A program made the translations under genes and the position numbers. This document shows, piece after piece, positions 51,284 through 64,000 of a stretch of DNA of 64,000 nt (its first letter is position 1; each line of letters begins with the position of its first letter). The notes beneath the pieces were generated by a model. The model was not told the origin of the DNA. It made no database searches and saw only the letters and a program-made list of their open reading frames with translations. Origin of the DNA: Rozella allomycis CSF55 (taxonomy: Eukaryota); contig KE561047.1 in the NCBI GenBank assembly GCA_000442015.1, positions 203,341 through 267,340 on the forward strand. Direction: 5' to 3'.

Positions 51284-51643
51284 ATGGAAAATGATGACGA
51301 TATGCGACCAATACAAAAAGATCAAGAGAGCTTAAAATTTAAAATGTTTAACGTATATTAGTTTTTATGGTAGTTCTAGGTTGGTTATCGAGAAGGAAAA
51401 TCCGTGTTTACTGAAAAGGTTTTACAAGAGAATTTCAATAGAAGGTACAGTGAAGGGTTTGTCGTAGGAACCCAATTTGGGGAGTCTGTGGCACATATTT
51501 TGCTAGCAGGGCATGAAGAAAAAGTCAAAACATTGCTTTCATGGTATCAGAAGAATTTGGATAGACAAGATTTCAAAAATATAATCGAAGGATTTACCAA
51601 TAGTAATGATGTGAAAGAATTTATTGAAAACAACTGCAATTAA
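51284..51643 (+). CDS. Yae1-like protein
   Basis: Spliced VGYREGK...LQENFNRRYSEGFVVG deca-GX3-like motif. Confidence 0.65.
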
Positions 51644-51698
51644 AAACAGCATTAAAATTTAAATAGAAATGCTTAAAGAAACGCAATGGAAATAAATG

Positions 51699-52991
51699 CT
51701 ATCTTTTCTTATTTTCAATATTTAAAATAATACTCAACAACAAAGCCAGAGAAGACATTGTAAAAGCAACCCTAAAGCAACCTAAATATCCACGAAAAAT
51801 GAATTCATATTGATCATAACTTAAAATAAAAGTGCCGACTAGCCCACCAAGGCATTGCGACATTCCACTAAAAACAGCCAAAAAAAGACCTTGAGCCAAA
51901 GTTTTGTTACTAGCACTAGATTCATGAGAAGATACAATAACCCCAATAGCGGTCATTAAGCCAAAGCTAATGCCTTTGAAACTTTCGGCGCCTAATGAAA
52001 TAAGTTTGGGAGCAAGAGAATCGCTACCGATAACATTAAAGGCGTGTATACCAGTCCTAATAGAAGAACAAAGTTGTGCAAATATTGTCATTTTTTTCAC
52101 GCCTACAAGAGCGATAAGTTTGCTTGAGAATAACAAAAGAAGAATTTCAAATATGCAGCTGATCCAATGAGCAAATGATATCCATATTTTTTCCGCGCCA
52201 AGTCCCAAATCTTTATCTTCCATAAATCCACCGAAAAAATGCATTCCTATTGCGTGAGATATCCCGTTGAAAAGTGATATGACAAGAAAATTGGAATATC
52301 GTCTATTCAATAACAATTTCATAAAGTTGTTCTCTGTCTTCAAATCAGATTTATCAATGCTTATTTCAGATATGCCCTTCTTTTCTTTAAAATCACTAGG
52401 AACATAAATTAATATAGAAATTAATGCCAGAGTTGTGGTGATTGGGACGAAATATGCCAGAAATTTGTAATTAGAATTTCCAATCACTATTGCCATTAGA
52501 AAAATTGTCAATACATCTCCTATCGTTCCAAACAGTCTTTGCTTTCCATACATGTTATCACTGTTGGCTTTTGAAAATTGCCTCATAACAATCCGATTCG
52601 CTATAGGATACAAAGCGCTACTAAAGCAACTTATCAGAATACAAACACCTAATATTGCAGCTTCTTTCAGAACTTCGTCAACTTCACTCGGTATTGCAAA
52701 GAATAACATGAACGACATTCCCTGACAAAATGTCGCCAAAATGAGGACTATCTTTGTTTGTTGAAGTTTGTCACACAAAAAAGTCCATAGTGGCGCACAT
52801 ACAAAGGTTGTTAAAGAGAATATCGTCGCCATCAAAGCATAATGTGAACTGGGTAAGCCAAAGTAGGATTCAAAAAATTTAAGCCTAAAGGAGAAGCAAG
52901 AACTGACAAAGGAACAAAGGAAAAAGTAAAAAAGCTTTGGCTTTAGCTCAAGCCGTTGAATGAACATAAAATTTCTGCTTAGCCACATCAC
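51699..52991 (-). CDS. MFS transporter (MFSD6-like), paralog 1
   Basis: Many TM segments, YGKQRLFGTIG; similar to adjacent ORF. Confidence 0.88.
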   Translation of the reverse strand: MMWLSRNFMFIQRLELKPKLFYFFLCSFVSSCFSFRLKFFESYFGLPSSHYALMATIFSLTTFVCAPLWTFLCDKLQQTKIVLILATFCQGMSFMLFFAIPSEVDEVLKEAAILGVCILISCFSSALYPIANRIVMRQFSKANSDNMYGKQRLFGTIGDVLTIFLMAIVIGNSNYKFLAYFVPITTTLALISILIYVPSDFKEKKGISEISIDKSDLKTENNFMKLLLNRRYSNFLVISLFNGISHAIGMHFFGGFMEDKDLGLGAEKIWISFAHWISCIFEILLLLFSSKLIALVGVKKMTIFAQLCSSIRTGIHAFNVIGSDSLAPKLISLGAESFKGISFGLMTAIGVIVSSHESSASNKTLAQGLFLAVFSGMSQCLGGLVGTFILSYDQYEFIFRGYLGCFRVAFTMSSLALLLSIILNIENKKR

Positions 52992-53025
52992 ACAACTGTA
53001 CCTAAATTTACAATTTATTCATCTA

Positions 53026-54378
53026 TTAGGTTGTTTTAGCTGAAGCACATTCATGCTTTGTTATTTTCTTGTCTAAAACAAATGCCATGATAACCGAGAT
53101 AATTGACAAAAGCATAGCAATTTTGAAGCACCCAGTATATCCATACAAAAAGGATCCTTCTGAATTTTTAAGCAAAATCCAGCCGATTACGCCTGCGACG
53201 GCTGGTGATAGACCATTGTATATTCCTGAGAATAAACCTTGGGCTGTGGTCTGTAATTCCTTAGGAGCTTCTTTGGATGCAACCAACACACCTCCTGCCA
53301 TCATACACCCAAAACTTATCCCTTTAAACAATTCTCCAAAGCAAGCCAAAACAAGGTTTACAGTGTTACCTGTACCAATTATATTTAGAGAATGTGTAGT
53401 CATTCGCATCAGCATCGAGATTTGCGCAAATAATAATAGCCTGCTTATACCGAACTTCTCAGCTATATTTCTCGATATTAAAAAGAAAAATACTTCACAA
53501 ACACAACTGGACCAACCTGCTATTGAAACCCACAATTTTGATCCATTTAAACCCTTAATTGGATCTTCAACATAAGCATCAAAATAATGTGAGCCTATTG
53601 ACCTTGAAATACCATTAGCGATAGATATGATCATAAACATTTGCAAGTTTTTGTTGCATAGAAGTGTCTTAAAAGCCTCAAAAGTATCCAGTTCTCGGCC
53701 CAACTTCTTGTTATTTGCTTCAGGATCGGTCTTTTCCTTCTCGCTATTTTGATTATTTGGAAACCCAAGTAATATGAAAGATATAAAGATTGTCATTGTG
53801 ATTCCTACTCCTACGAATAGTCTCTCATAAAAGAATCCTTGGATCAAAATCGCCATTAGAGTTTTTGTGCTTGCATCCCCAAAAGTTCCAAAAAGTCTCT
53901 GCCTTCCATATAATTTCTTGCCATCATGCTTATTATTACTTTCAGTTTGAGAATCACAAAGTTCAGAAAGTACTAGCTTGTCTGTTACAGGGTAGAGCGC
54001 CGCGTTAAAACAGTTAATTAAGAAAGCAACGAGCAAAACAAAATAAAAGGTATAATCACCGAGATATCTTGGTATAAGCAAAAATGAAAAAAAGGACATT
54101 CCTTGGAGAACAGTAGCAAAAGATAAAAGTAATCTTGGCGATCTTAACTTATCATTGATGAATGCCCAAAATGGCGAGAATACAAAGGTGGTTGTTGCTA
54201 AAAATGCCATAATTAAACCATATTTTGCAGGCTCGATTCCAAAATATTGCTCGAAGAACTTTAGTCTGAAAGAATAGCACGTGTGAACAAAAGAACAAAG
54301 CAAAAAATAAATGATCTTTGGACGTATTAAATATTTGCTGTTAAGCTTTGCCAGGAAGGTTCTGAGCGACAAAGACAT
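53026..54378 (-). CDS. MFS transporter (MFSD6-like), paralog 2
   Basis: YGRQRLFGTFG, APKELQTTAQGLFSG; start uncertain (54378 or 54456). Confidence 0.88.
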   Translation of the reverse strand: MSLSLRTFLAKLNSKYLIRPKIIYFLLCSFVHTCYSFRLKFFEQYFGIEPAKYGLIMAFLATTTFVFSPFWAFINDKLRSPRLLLSFATVLQGMSFFSFLLIPRYLGDYTFYFVLLVAFLINCFNAALYPVTDKLVLSELCDSQTESNNKHDGKKLYGRQRLFGTFGDASTKTLMAILIQGFFYERLFVGVGITMTIFISFILLGFPNNQNSEKEKTDPEANNKKLGRELDTFEAFKTLLCNKNLQMFMIISIANGISRSIGSHYFDAYVEDPIKGLNGSKLWVSIAGWSSCVCEVFFFLISRNIAEKFGISRLLLFAQISMLMRMTTHSLNIIGTGNTVNLVLACFGELFKGISFGCMMAGGVLVASKEAPKELQTTAQGLFSGIYNGLSPAVAGVIGWILLKNSEGSFLYGYTGCFKIAMLLSIISVIMAFVLDKKITKHECASAKTT

Positions 54379-54558
54379 GTGTTTGACTGAAATTAGCGCA
54401 CCAGCCACATAACGACACCCACAATGATTATAATAAACAATTTTCCTTCTTCGCATTTATTATTTATATTTGATATTCGAATTACTAAACTTGTATTTTA
54501 AAAGGCTGCATTATGCGTTTGTAATTAGTGGCGGGGCAACGGTATTACGGAATAAACA

Positions 54559-57380
<2,822 letters not shown>

Positions 57381-57432
57381 AAAATTAATAAATAGAATAT
57401 TAAATATCAAACTAAATTTATTTAGAACTAAA

Positions 57433-58638
57433 TCAAACTAGTTGTTTTACTTGGTTTAAAATTTCAGTTGATGATGGGTGAACATGCAAAAAAGAAGCTA
57501 CAAACTTTACCGAACAGCTTAGCAAGATAAAATAATGCTCCTCGGTTATCAAATCTTCAAGTTCTTTAAAAATAAGTGCCACATCAAAAGGCCTTTCATT
57601 TTGACATAAGTGGATGATCATTTCATTTAAGTTTTTGGGGAAATATTTCAAAAGAATGATACCCGATTGCTTTCGATTATAAAAACAGTTCAATATTTCA
57701 GGGAACGACATATCAAATTGATGATAGAGATCCAAAGCTGTACTTAAATATTCTGGTTTAGACCTTATTGGAGATAAAACAATCTTTTTAAAGAAATGGT
57801 CTAATCGCGATTTAAATCCATTTTCAAGTAGAACTTTTACGAGCAGTTTAGCAGTTTTGTAAGAACCCCTTGCTAGACAAATATCCAATGGATAGATTCC
57901 AGGAATCAATACAAATTGCTTTACACCAAAGTGTTTAATGAAAGTATTTAGAACGTTTACTGAATCATATTTGAACATTTTATCAATGAATGGACTAGGC
58001 ACCCATGGGCCAAAAATCAACTTTCTATATTCTTCCATTTTAAATATATGATTTGATATATTAGCTAGATCGTTTTTAGCAATTATTTCAAGAAATGACT
58101 CAGAGGGCATGTTTTTGTGATGTTTAAATAGACCCATACCGATACTTTGTGCAGATAAGGATTTAACCGCCATTATTCCATCAACAAAAATCCAAAATTT
58201 TTCACTTGAAGGCTCATAGTAAGGTAAAATATTATCCAATCCAACCAAACCTTCGAGTTTTAAACTATGAGCACATAACATACCAATTAATTTCGGATCA
58301 CCCTTTTCTACAATACGATTACGCGCCTTTTTTGAAAATATTATCTCGTCTATGTATTCTTGCCTATCTTCAATTGTAGCCTTTTCAAGAATTTTGTCGA
58401 CAATATTCTTATTTAGAATATCAAATGATATATTCGATGCTCTACATGTTGCCTTGAATTTTAATGAATCTGAAGTATTCAAGTGACTGTGAACCATCCC
58501 GAGGATCTCTGCAGGCATAGACTGAACTTGAAGTATTTTCTTTTTAACAGTATCTTCTCTATTTATTGTCGCACTACTTTGAATAAAGTTTAAAAATATC
58601 AGAGATATTAATATTCTTAAACTGGCCAGCACCGTCAT
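57433..58638 (-). CDS. Putative secreted protein with F-box-like motif and ankyrin-like segment
   Basis: Signal-peptide-like start; SMPAEILGMVHSHLNTSDSLKFKATCR; YPLDICLARGSYKTAKLLV; intronless. Confidence 0.6.
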   Translation of the reverse strand: MTVLASLRILISLIFLNFIQSSATINREDTVKKKILQVQSMPAEILGMVHSHLNTSDSLKFKATCRASNISFDILNKNIVDKILEKATIEDRQEYIDEIIFSKKARNRIVEKGDPKLIGMLCAHSLKLEGLVGLDNILPYYEPSSEKFWIFVDGIMAVKSLSAQSIGMGLFKHHKNMPSESFLEIIAKNDLANISNHIFKMEEYRKLIFGPWVPSPFIDKMFKYDSVNVLNTFIKHFGVKQFVLIPGIYPLDICLARGSYKTAKLLVKVLLENGFKSRLDHFFKKIVLSPIRSKPEYLSTALDLYHQFDMSFPEILNCFYNRKQSGIILLKYFPKNLNEMIIHLCQNERPFDVALIFKELEDLITEEHYFILLSCSVKFVASFLHVHPSSTEILNQVKQLV

Positions 58639-59090
58639 TCAGTGTTCACGTGTTTGGGCTACCAGGGCTAGACTCCTTCTATTTCGGTTTTTCAGATCTA
58701 TAGAATTCTGAGACTTAGATCTATTCACAATAATTGTTTTCTACAACTGTGAAATTCACCTATAGTGTACAATTTTGGGCTAAAGACTTAAAACTACCAT
58801 GGCACTCGTGACTCCACTTTAACTGGACCTTCTGCTATATAGTTGGTCTCTGGAGCATATATGGTATAACATATCTTTAGTTTTTTACTAATCAAACGCG
58901 AGTTAATTGTTAATATAATTCTCTCCTATTAAATCATCACGCAATCAGGGTGAACTTGTTCCCTTTTGTAGGGGAGACTAGAAGGAAACATTCAGGTTTC
59001 TAATAAGCAGAAAAGTAATTTCATTCCCCAAAATCATTCCGCTTTCGCTTTTCAATTCATCTTTTTGTGATTGTCCATTTTTGGCAACCC

Positions 59091-60688
59091 ATGCCGAATT
59101 TCTCAAAAGTAGACATATTTGTTGAACCTCATGAATAGTATGCTTTATCAGATCGATATGCAAATTGTTTGTCTAAAATTTCAAAATATAAAAACGTGAA
59201 TGCCTTCATTACCGTATTTGATAATGCAGAGAATTTGGATTCAGCATCAAGTGATGGGAAAATAATAGCTGTCAAAGACAACTTGTGTGTCAAGAATTCA
59301 TATACTACATGTGCATCTAAGATCTTAAGCAGTAATTTCTTTTGTAAATGTTTCTCAGATTACAAAAGTCCTAATAATGCCACAGTCGTTGAAAAACTTT
59401 TGACCCAAGGAAATTTGATTATAGGAAAAACAAATATGGATGAATTCGGAATGGGATCTGGTAATGTGTATTCAAATTACAAGCCTACGTTGCATCCAAT
59501 CCATGCTGAAGATAGCGTACCATGCTCAGACCCTTATGTTCCTGGTGGTAGTTCGGGTGGTTCGGCAGTTGCAGTTGCAATGAATTTATGTGATGTTGCT
59601 TTGGGTTCTGATACCGGAGGATCTGTTAGGATGCCTGCAGCGTACTGTGGAATAACCGGTTTCAAGCCTTCATTCGGTAGGGTATCCAGGTTCGGTCTTA
59701 TTGAATATGCTGAATCTCTTGATTGCGTTGGTTGGCTAACGAAGAATGTAAATTCTTGTATAGATTTGTATAGAAATCTACAAGGACCAGACCAGAAAGA
59801 TCCAACTACTTTAAATATGATTAATTACGATGATTACACAATTCTACAGAAAATTAGAAATATTAAGGATGGCGGAAAAAGAAATACGATTTCCTTGGGG
59901 TACATTTCTGATGAATCCTTTTTTGTGGGAATGAACCCTGAATTTCGTGAAGCTTATTTTAAAGTCATTGATCAATTAAGGGATGAAGGATTTAATTTAG
60001 TGGAAATCCGGAAAGATTTTGTGGAAGACTCTTTGGCATGTTATTATACTCTTGCGACGTCAGAAGCAAGCAAGAGTCTATCAAAATATGATGGCTCGCA
60101 TGGTAACATAAATGACACCATAAGAGAACAAGGGTTCGGTTTTGAAGTCAAAAGAAGGCTAAAAATCGGGTCCATTCTCTCTTCCTCTAGGTAATAAATA
60201 TATTAAGCTGTAATAGACTTTTAACAGAATATTATCAGAGATCTCACCAAATAAGACATCGTATTAGACAAGATTTCAACAATATATTTACAAAATGTGA
60301 TTTTCTGTTTATTCCAACTGTTGGAGATTTCCCTCCTAGGCAAAGCAAATTCATTTATGACCATGAAAATATAGAAGAAGAGGAATTAGAAGAGATTGTT
60401 CATTCATGGTGGGCATTAAAAGAATCTAGCAATGATCATAGCTTTATGAAAGCTTGGCTAAATGATACATTTACTATTCCACCTTCACTAGCAGGTAAAT
60501 TGATTATCTTGGTTTTATCAGGCTTGCCAGTATTAGCCATGCCATTACTACATATAAAACATCCGGAGCTCGCTAATCATTCTTTCTCAGGCCAAATAAT
60601 CGGTGCTATTGGAAATGATAAAGGGGTTTTAGAAATGGGAAGCATAATGGAAGGGTTATTTAGTATATTAGAAAATCAAAGACAATAA
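59091..60688 (+). CDS. Glutamyl-tRNA(Gln) amidotransferase subunit A (GatA/HER2/QRSL1)
   Basis: AVKDN, GKTNMDEFGMGS, PGGSSGGSA, GSDTGGSVRMPA, EVKRR, NDTFTIPPSLAGLP. Confidence 0.92.
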
Positions 60689-61479
60689 AATGGAGAAGAT
60701 ATTTCCTAAACTTTTTTAGTTTAATTCTATCTTTAAGAGGTGGCAATAATTTAGAATTCATTTGCTTTTCATATTCCTGCTTTCTTACTTCATTCTCAAG
60801 TTGTTGAGAATAATCTTTTAATTGGTTAAACGTCGGCTCTGTATATTCACTGCACGTCTCAATTTCATTCCTCATACTCTCTACTAGCTCTTTAAGGTAC
60901 AATGATTCCTGTACTAACGCTTCTTTCCACTGCATTAACAATAACAAATTTTCATTACCTGTAATAATTTTTGCTCTTCGTTTAAAAAATTCAAACAAAA
61001 TCCACTATCTTTTGATTTATCTCATGTTAATTTGTACATGACTTCTTACTGCTCGCTGAAGTAGATGGTCTTGAATGACTTTTGTCTGAAGTAGCATATT
61101 TAGCTATTAAATGTATCGAATTATAATACCATATGGATGCTTTTTAAGAATACTTTTATCGCCTAATGATTCAAGCAGAATCCTTATTTTGCTAATTATC
61201 AATTGCCGGGCTCTTGATGATTCTAAATTCAATATATTCGTATTCTCTATAAACAAATGATTCCATTTACCCTCTTTTCCGTCTGCATTTCGTTGTATAT
61301 TAGTAGCAGACTGTCGTATTCTGCGTATAAATCCTTTCTACCTTTATTTAAGCAGTTACTTCTATGAAATTAATCAAAACGTTGCCGAAAATTTGAACAC
61401 AATGTTCATATGCGCTTGAATCTATTTGTTCGTTTATTGACTTCCAAATGAATGGACAATCGTCGGAATCGTCTAGCAT
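60660..61479 (-). CDS. Coiled-coil protein, possibly CCDC24-like; ends uncertain
   Basis: Several exons joined by GT-AG micro-introns; FIWKSINEQI...VQIFGNVLI and EPTFNQLKDYSQQLE resemble CCDC24 by eye only. Confidence 0.4.
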
Positions 61480-61744
61480 TGAAATTTCGGATATTGAAGT
61501 ACGACAATTCTGATGAATTCAATAATTGATTAAGAAAATATTAAATAAATGCTGATATTTAGCAAATTAAAACTGTAATGAATTTGTCATTTACTGCATG
61601 AATATTTCCAGATTTAACAATGGTCAACAATTACAATAGTTGCATAAAAATTTATTATCAAACATAAAAATTGTCATCATTAATGTCATAGATTTGAGTG
61701 GTAACACAGCTGTGAACCATTAAAGGAAATTTCTGAAACTCAAG

Positions 61745-64000
61745 ATGAGTGATTTTTCGTTTCTTGATTTTGCTGCGAATACACAAGCGTCTCAATACGG
61801 ATATCCTGCTCTGACACAAGAGCCTGGTGTTTCTGATGATTTGACGCTTGCTTCACTCACACTGAACGACTCTCTGACGCAGCCTACTGGCGCCTCCTTT
61901 TTCAAAAGTTTGGATGATGAAGAGGAAGTGGAAGAAGAGGGCTTTGATTTTTCTGATCTACCAGCCCATTGCTGCAAGTACTATTTAAGATTCAAAACAA
62001 TGTAGGTATTGTGGAATACATAATCCAAAGTCGGTATTGAAATGTTTGACATGCCAGAAATGGTTTTGTAACTGTTCAGGAAATTCAAAGGGAACGCATA
62101 TAGTGCAGCATCTAGTGAGAGCGAAGCACAAGGATGTTTGTTTGCATGCGGATTCCCTTTTGGGAGATACTGTGCTTGAGTGTTATAATTGTGGATGTAG
62201 GAATGTGTTTCTGCTTGGGTTTATACCAGCTAAGAGTGATATGGTGGTAGTTATTTTGTGTAGACAGCCATGTGCGAGTGGATCGTCAAAGGATATGAAT
62301 TGGGATCTGTCACAGTGGCAGCCTATTATTGAGAATAGAGCGTTTTTGGACTGGATTGTGATACCCCCGACGAAAGAGGAGATTGCTAGATCAAGAAAGA
62401 TTACACCTGGAAAGATTGCTAAACTTGAAGAGTTGTGGCAAACGAAGCCTGAAGCTGAATTGGAGGACTTGGAAAAGCCTGGCATTGATGAAGAGCCTAA
62501 TCCAGTGCAATTAAAGTAATTTAAGAATGTGAAATATTATAGATATGATGATGCATTTCAGTATCAAGAAATATTTGCACCGTTGGTTAAATTAGAAGCT
62601 GAATATGATAAGAAAGTGAAAGAATCGCAAACACAAGATGATATTGTGATTAGATGGGATACGACAACTAGTTCAAAGACATCGATAGCGTGGTTTGTGT
62701 TTTCAAAGTTGGATAATGATATAAGATTAGCTACGGGCGATGAATTAAGAATAAAATATAAAGGAGAATTGGCTAAAGGATGGGAGAGTGTTGGATTGGT
62801 TGTTAAAGTTCCAAATAATCAAAGCGAAGAGATTGGAGTTGAATTGAAGAGATCAAATAACACTCCAACTTATTTAACACATGGATTCTCTGTAGAATTT
62901 GTATGGAAAAGTACTCCCTTTGACAGGTAAATCAGTAGTAGTTTGATTATAGGATGTTGAAGGCTTTGAAAACATTTTCTTTGGATGATAATTCAGTTTC
63001 TAATTACATTTATCATTTAGTGTTGGGACATGAAGTTCCAGTTCAAGTTTTAAAGGCAAATTTACCAAAACGATTTTCAGCGCCAAATCTACCAGAACTG
63101 AATCATTCGCAAGTGTATGCAGTGAAAACTGTTTTACAAAGACCATTTAATCTTATTCAAGGCCCACCAGGTAATTTAATGAATAAAAGTTGAATAAAGG
63201 AACTGGAAAGACTGTTGTGTCAGCTTCTATTGTTTATCATTTGGCAAAGTCAGGTGGTGGTCAAGTGTTGGTGTGTGCTCCTTCCAATGTTGCTGTTGAT
63301 CAACTTTCAGAAAAGATTCATTCCACAGGATTGAAGGTTGTTAGAATCACAGCCAGAAGTAGAGAAGCTCTAGATTCACCAGTTTTGTTTCTTTCTCTTC
63401 ATGAACAAGTTAGAAACTACAAGGGTAATCCAGAAGCAACAAAGTATTTCACACTTAAAGAAGAACAAGGCCATTTAAATGCTGCAGATGAAAAGAAATT
63501 TAGACAAGCGAAAAGTGCATCTGAAATGGATATTCTTAGAAATGCTGATGTTATTTGTTGTACTTGTGTTGGAGCTGGTGACCCTAGATTAAGAAAATTT
63601 AGATTCAAAGCTGTTTTGATTGATGAAGTCACTCAAGCTGCTGAACCAGAATGTTTGATTCCTTTAGTTTCTGGTGCTAGACAAGTTATTCTTGTTGGTG
63701 ATCATCAACAATTGGGTCCAGTGATTATGAGTAAAAAAGCATCAAATGCTGGTTTAAATCAATCTTTATTTGAAAGACTTGTTTTGTTAGGAATCAAACC
63801 AATTAGATTACAAGTTCAATATCGATCTCACCCCTGTCTTTCTGAATTCCCTTCAAATATGTTCTATGAAGGTTCTTTACAAAATGGTGTTACTTCAAAT
63901 GAAAGATTAAGAAAAAATGTAGATTTCCCTTGGCCTGTGCCTGAAAATCCAATGTTCTTTTATTTGACTTTGGGTCAAGAAGAAATTTCACCTTCTGGAA
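61745..64000 (+). CDS. UPF1: UPF1/NAM7 NMD RNA helicase, 5' part (runs off window)
   Basis: CH domain ([20 protein letters not shown]), [29 protein letters not shown]. Confidence 0.97.

Noticed and set aside
58640-59090. Possible snRNA (AATTTTGG Sm-like site near 58771)
   Set aside because: No U1, U2, U4, U5 or U6 signature recognised; would need an Infernal/Rfam search

Overview
Compact, AT-rich eukaryotic DNA from a flagellated early-diverging fungus or close relative. Gene content and tiny introns suggest Cryptomycota such as Rozella, but this is inference. The window holds about 35 protein genes, most broken by micro-introns of about 24-31 nt. They include a complete outer-arm beta-type axonemal dynein heavy chain, a truncated inner-arm dynein, CFAP91, EFHC1/Rib72, THOC1, bystin, enolase, eIF2-beta, animal-type glutamate dehydrogenase, Trm10, OST48, PKC, GatA and UPF1. 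There is one tRNA-Glu(TTC) and a ~3.9 kb repeat island (Ty1/copia fragments, assembly gap, tandem duplication) bracketed by a 16-bp inverted repeat. The most striking signal is in the splicing. The only long introns I reconstructed (57, 58, 57 nt) are each two normal-sized introns joined back to back at an AG|GT junction with no exon between, suggesting recursive splicing under a strict length ruler. Three further 27-nt GT...TG segments look like introns with non-AG acceptors. All exon structures were reconstructed by eye.
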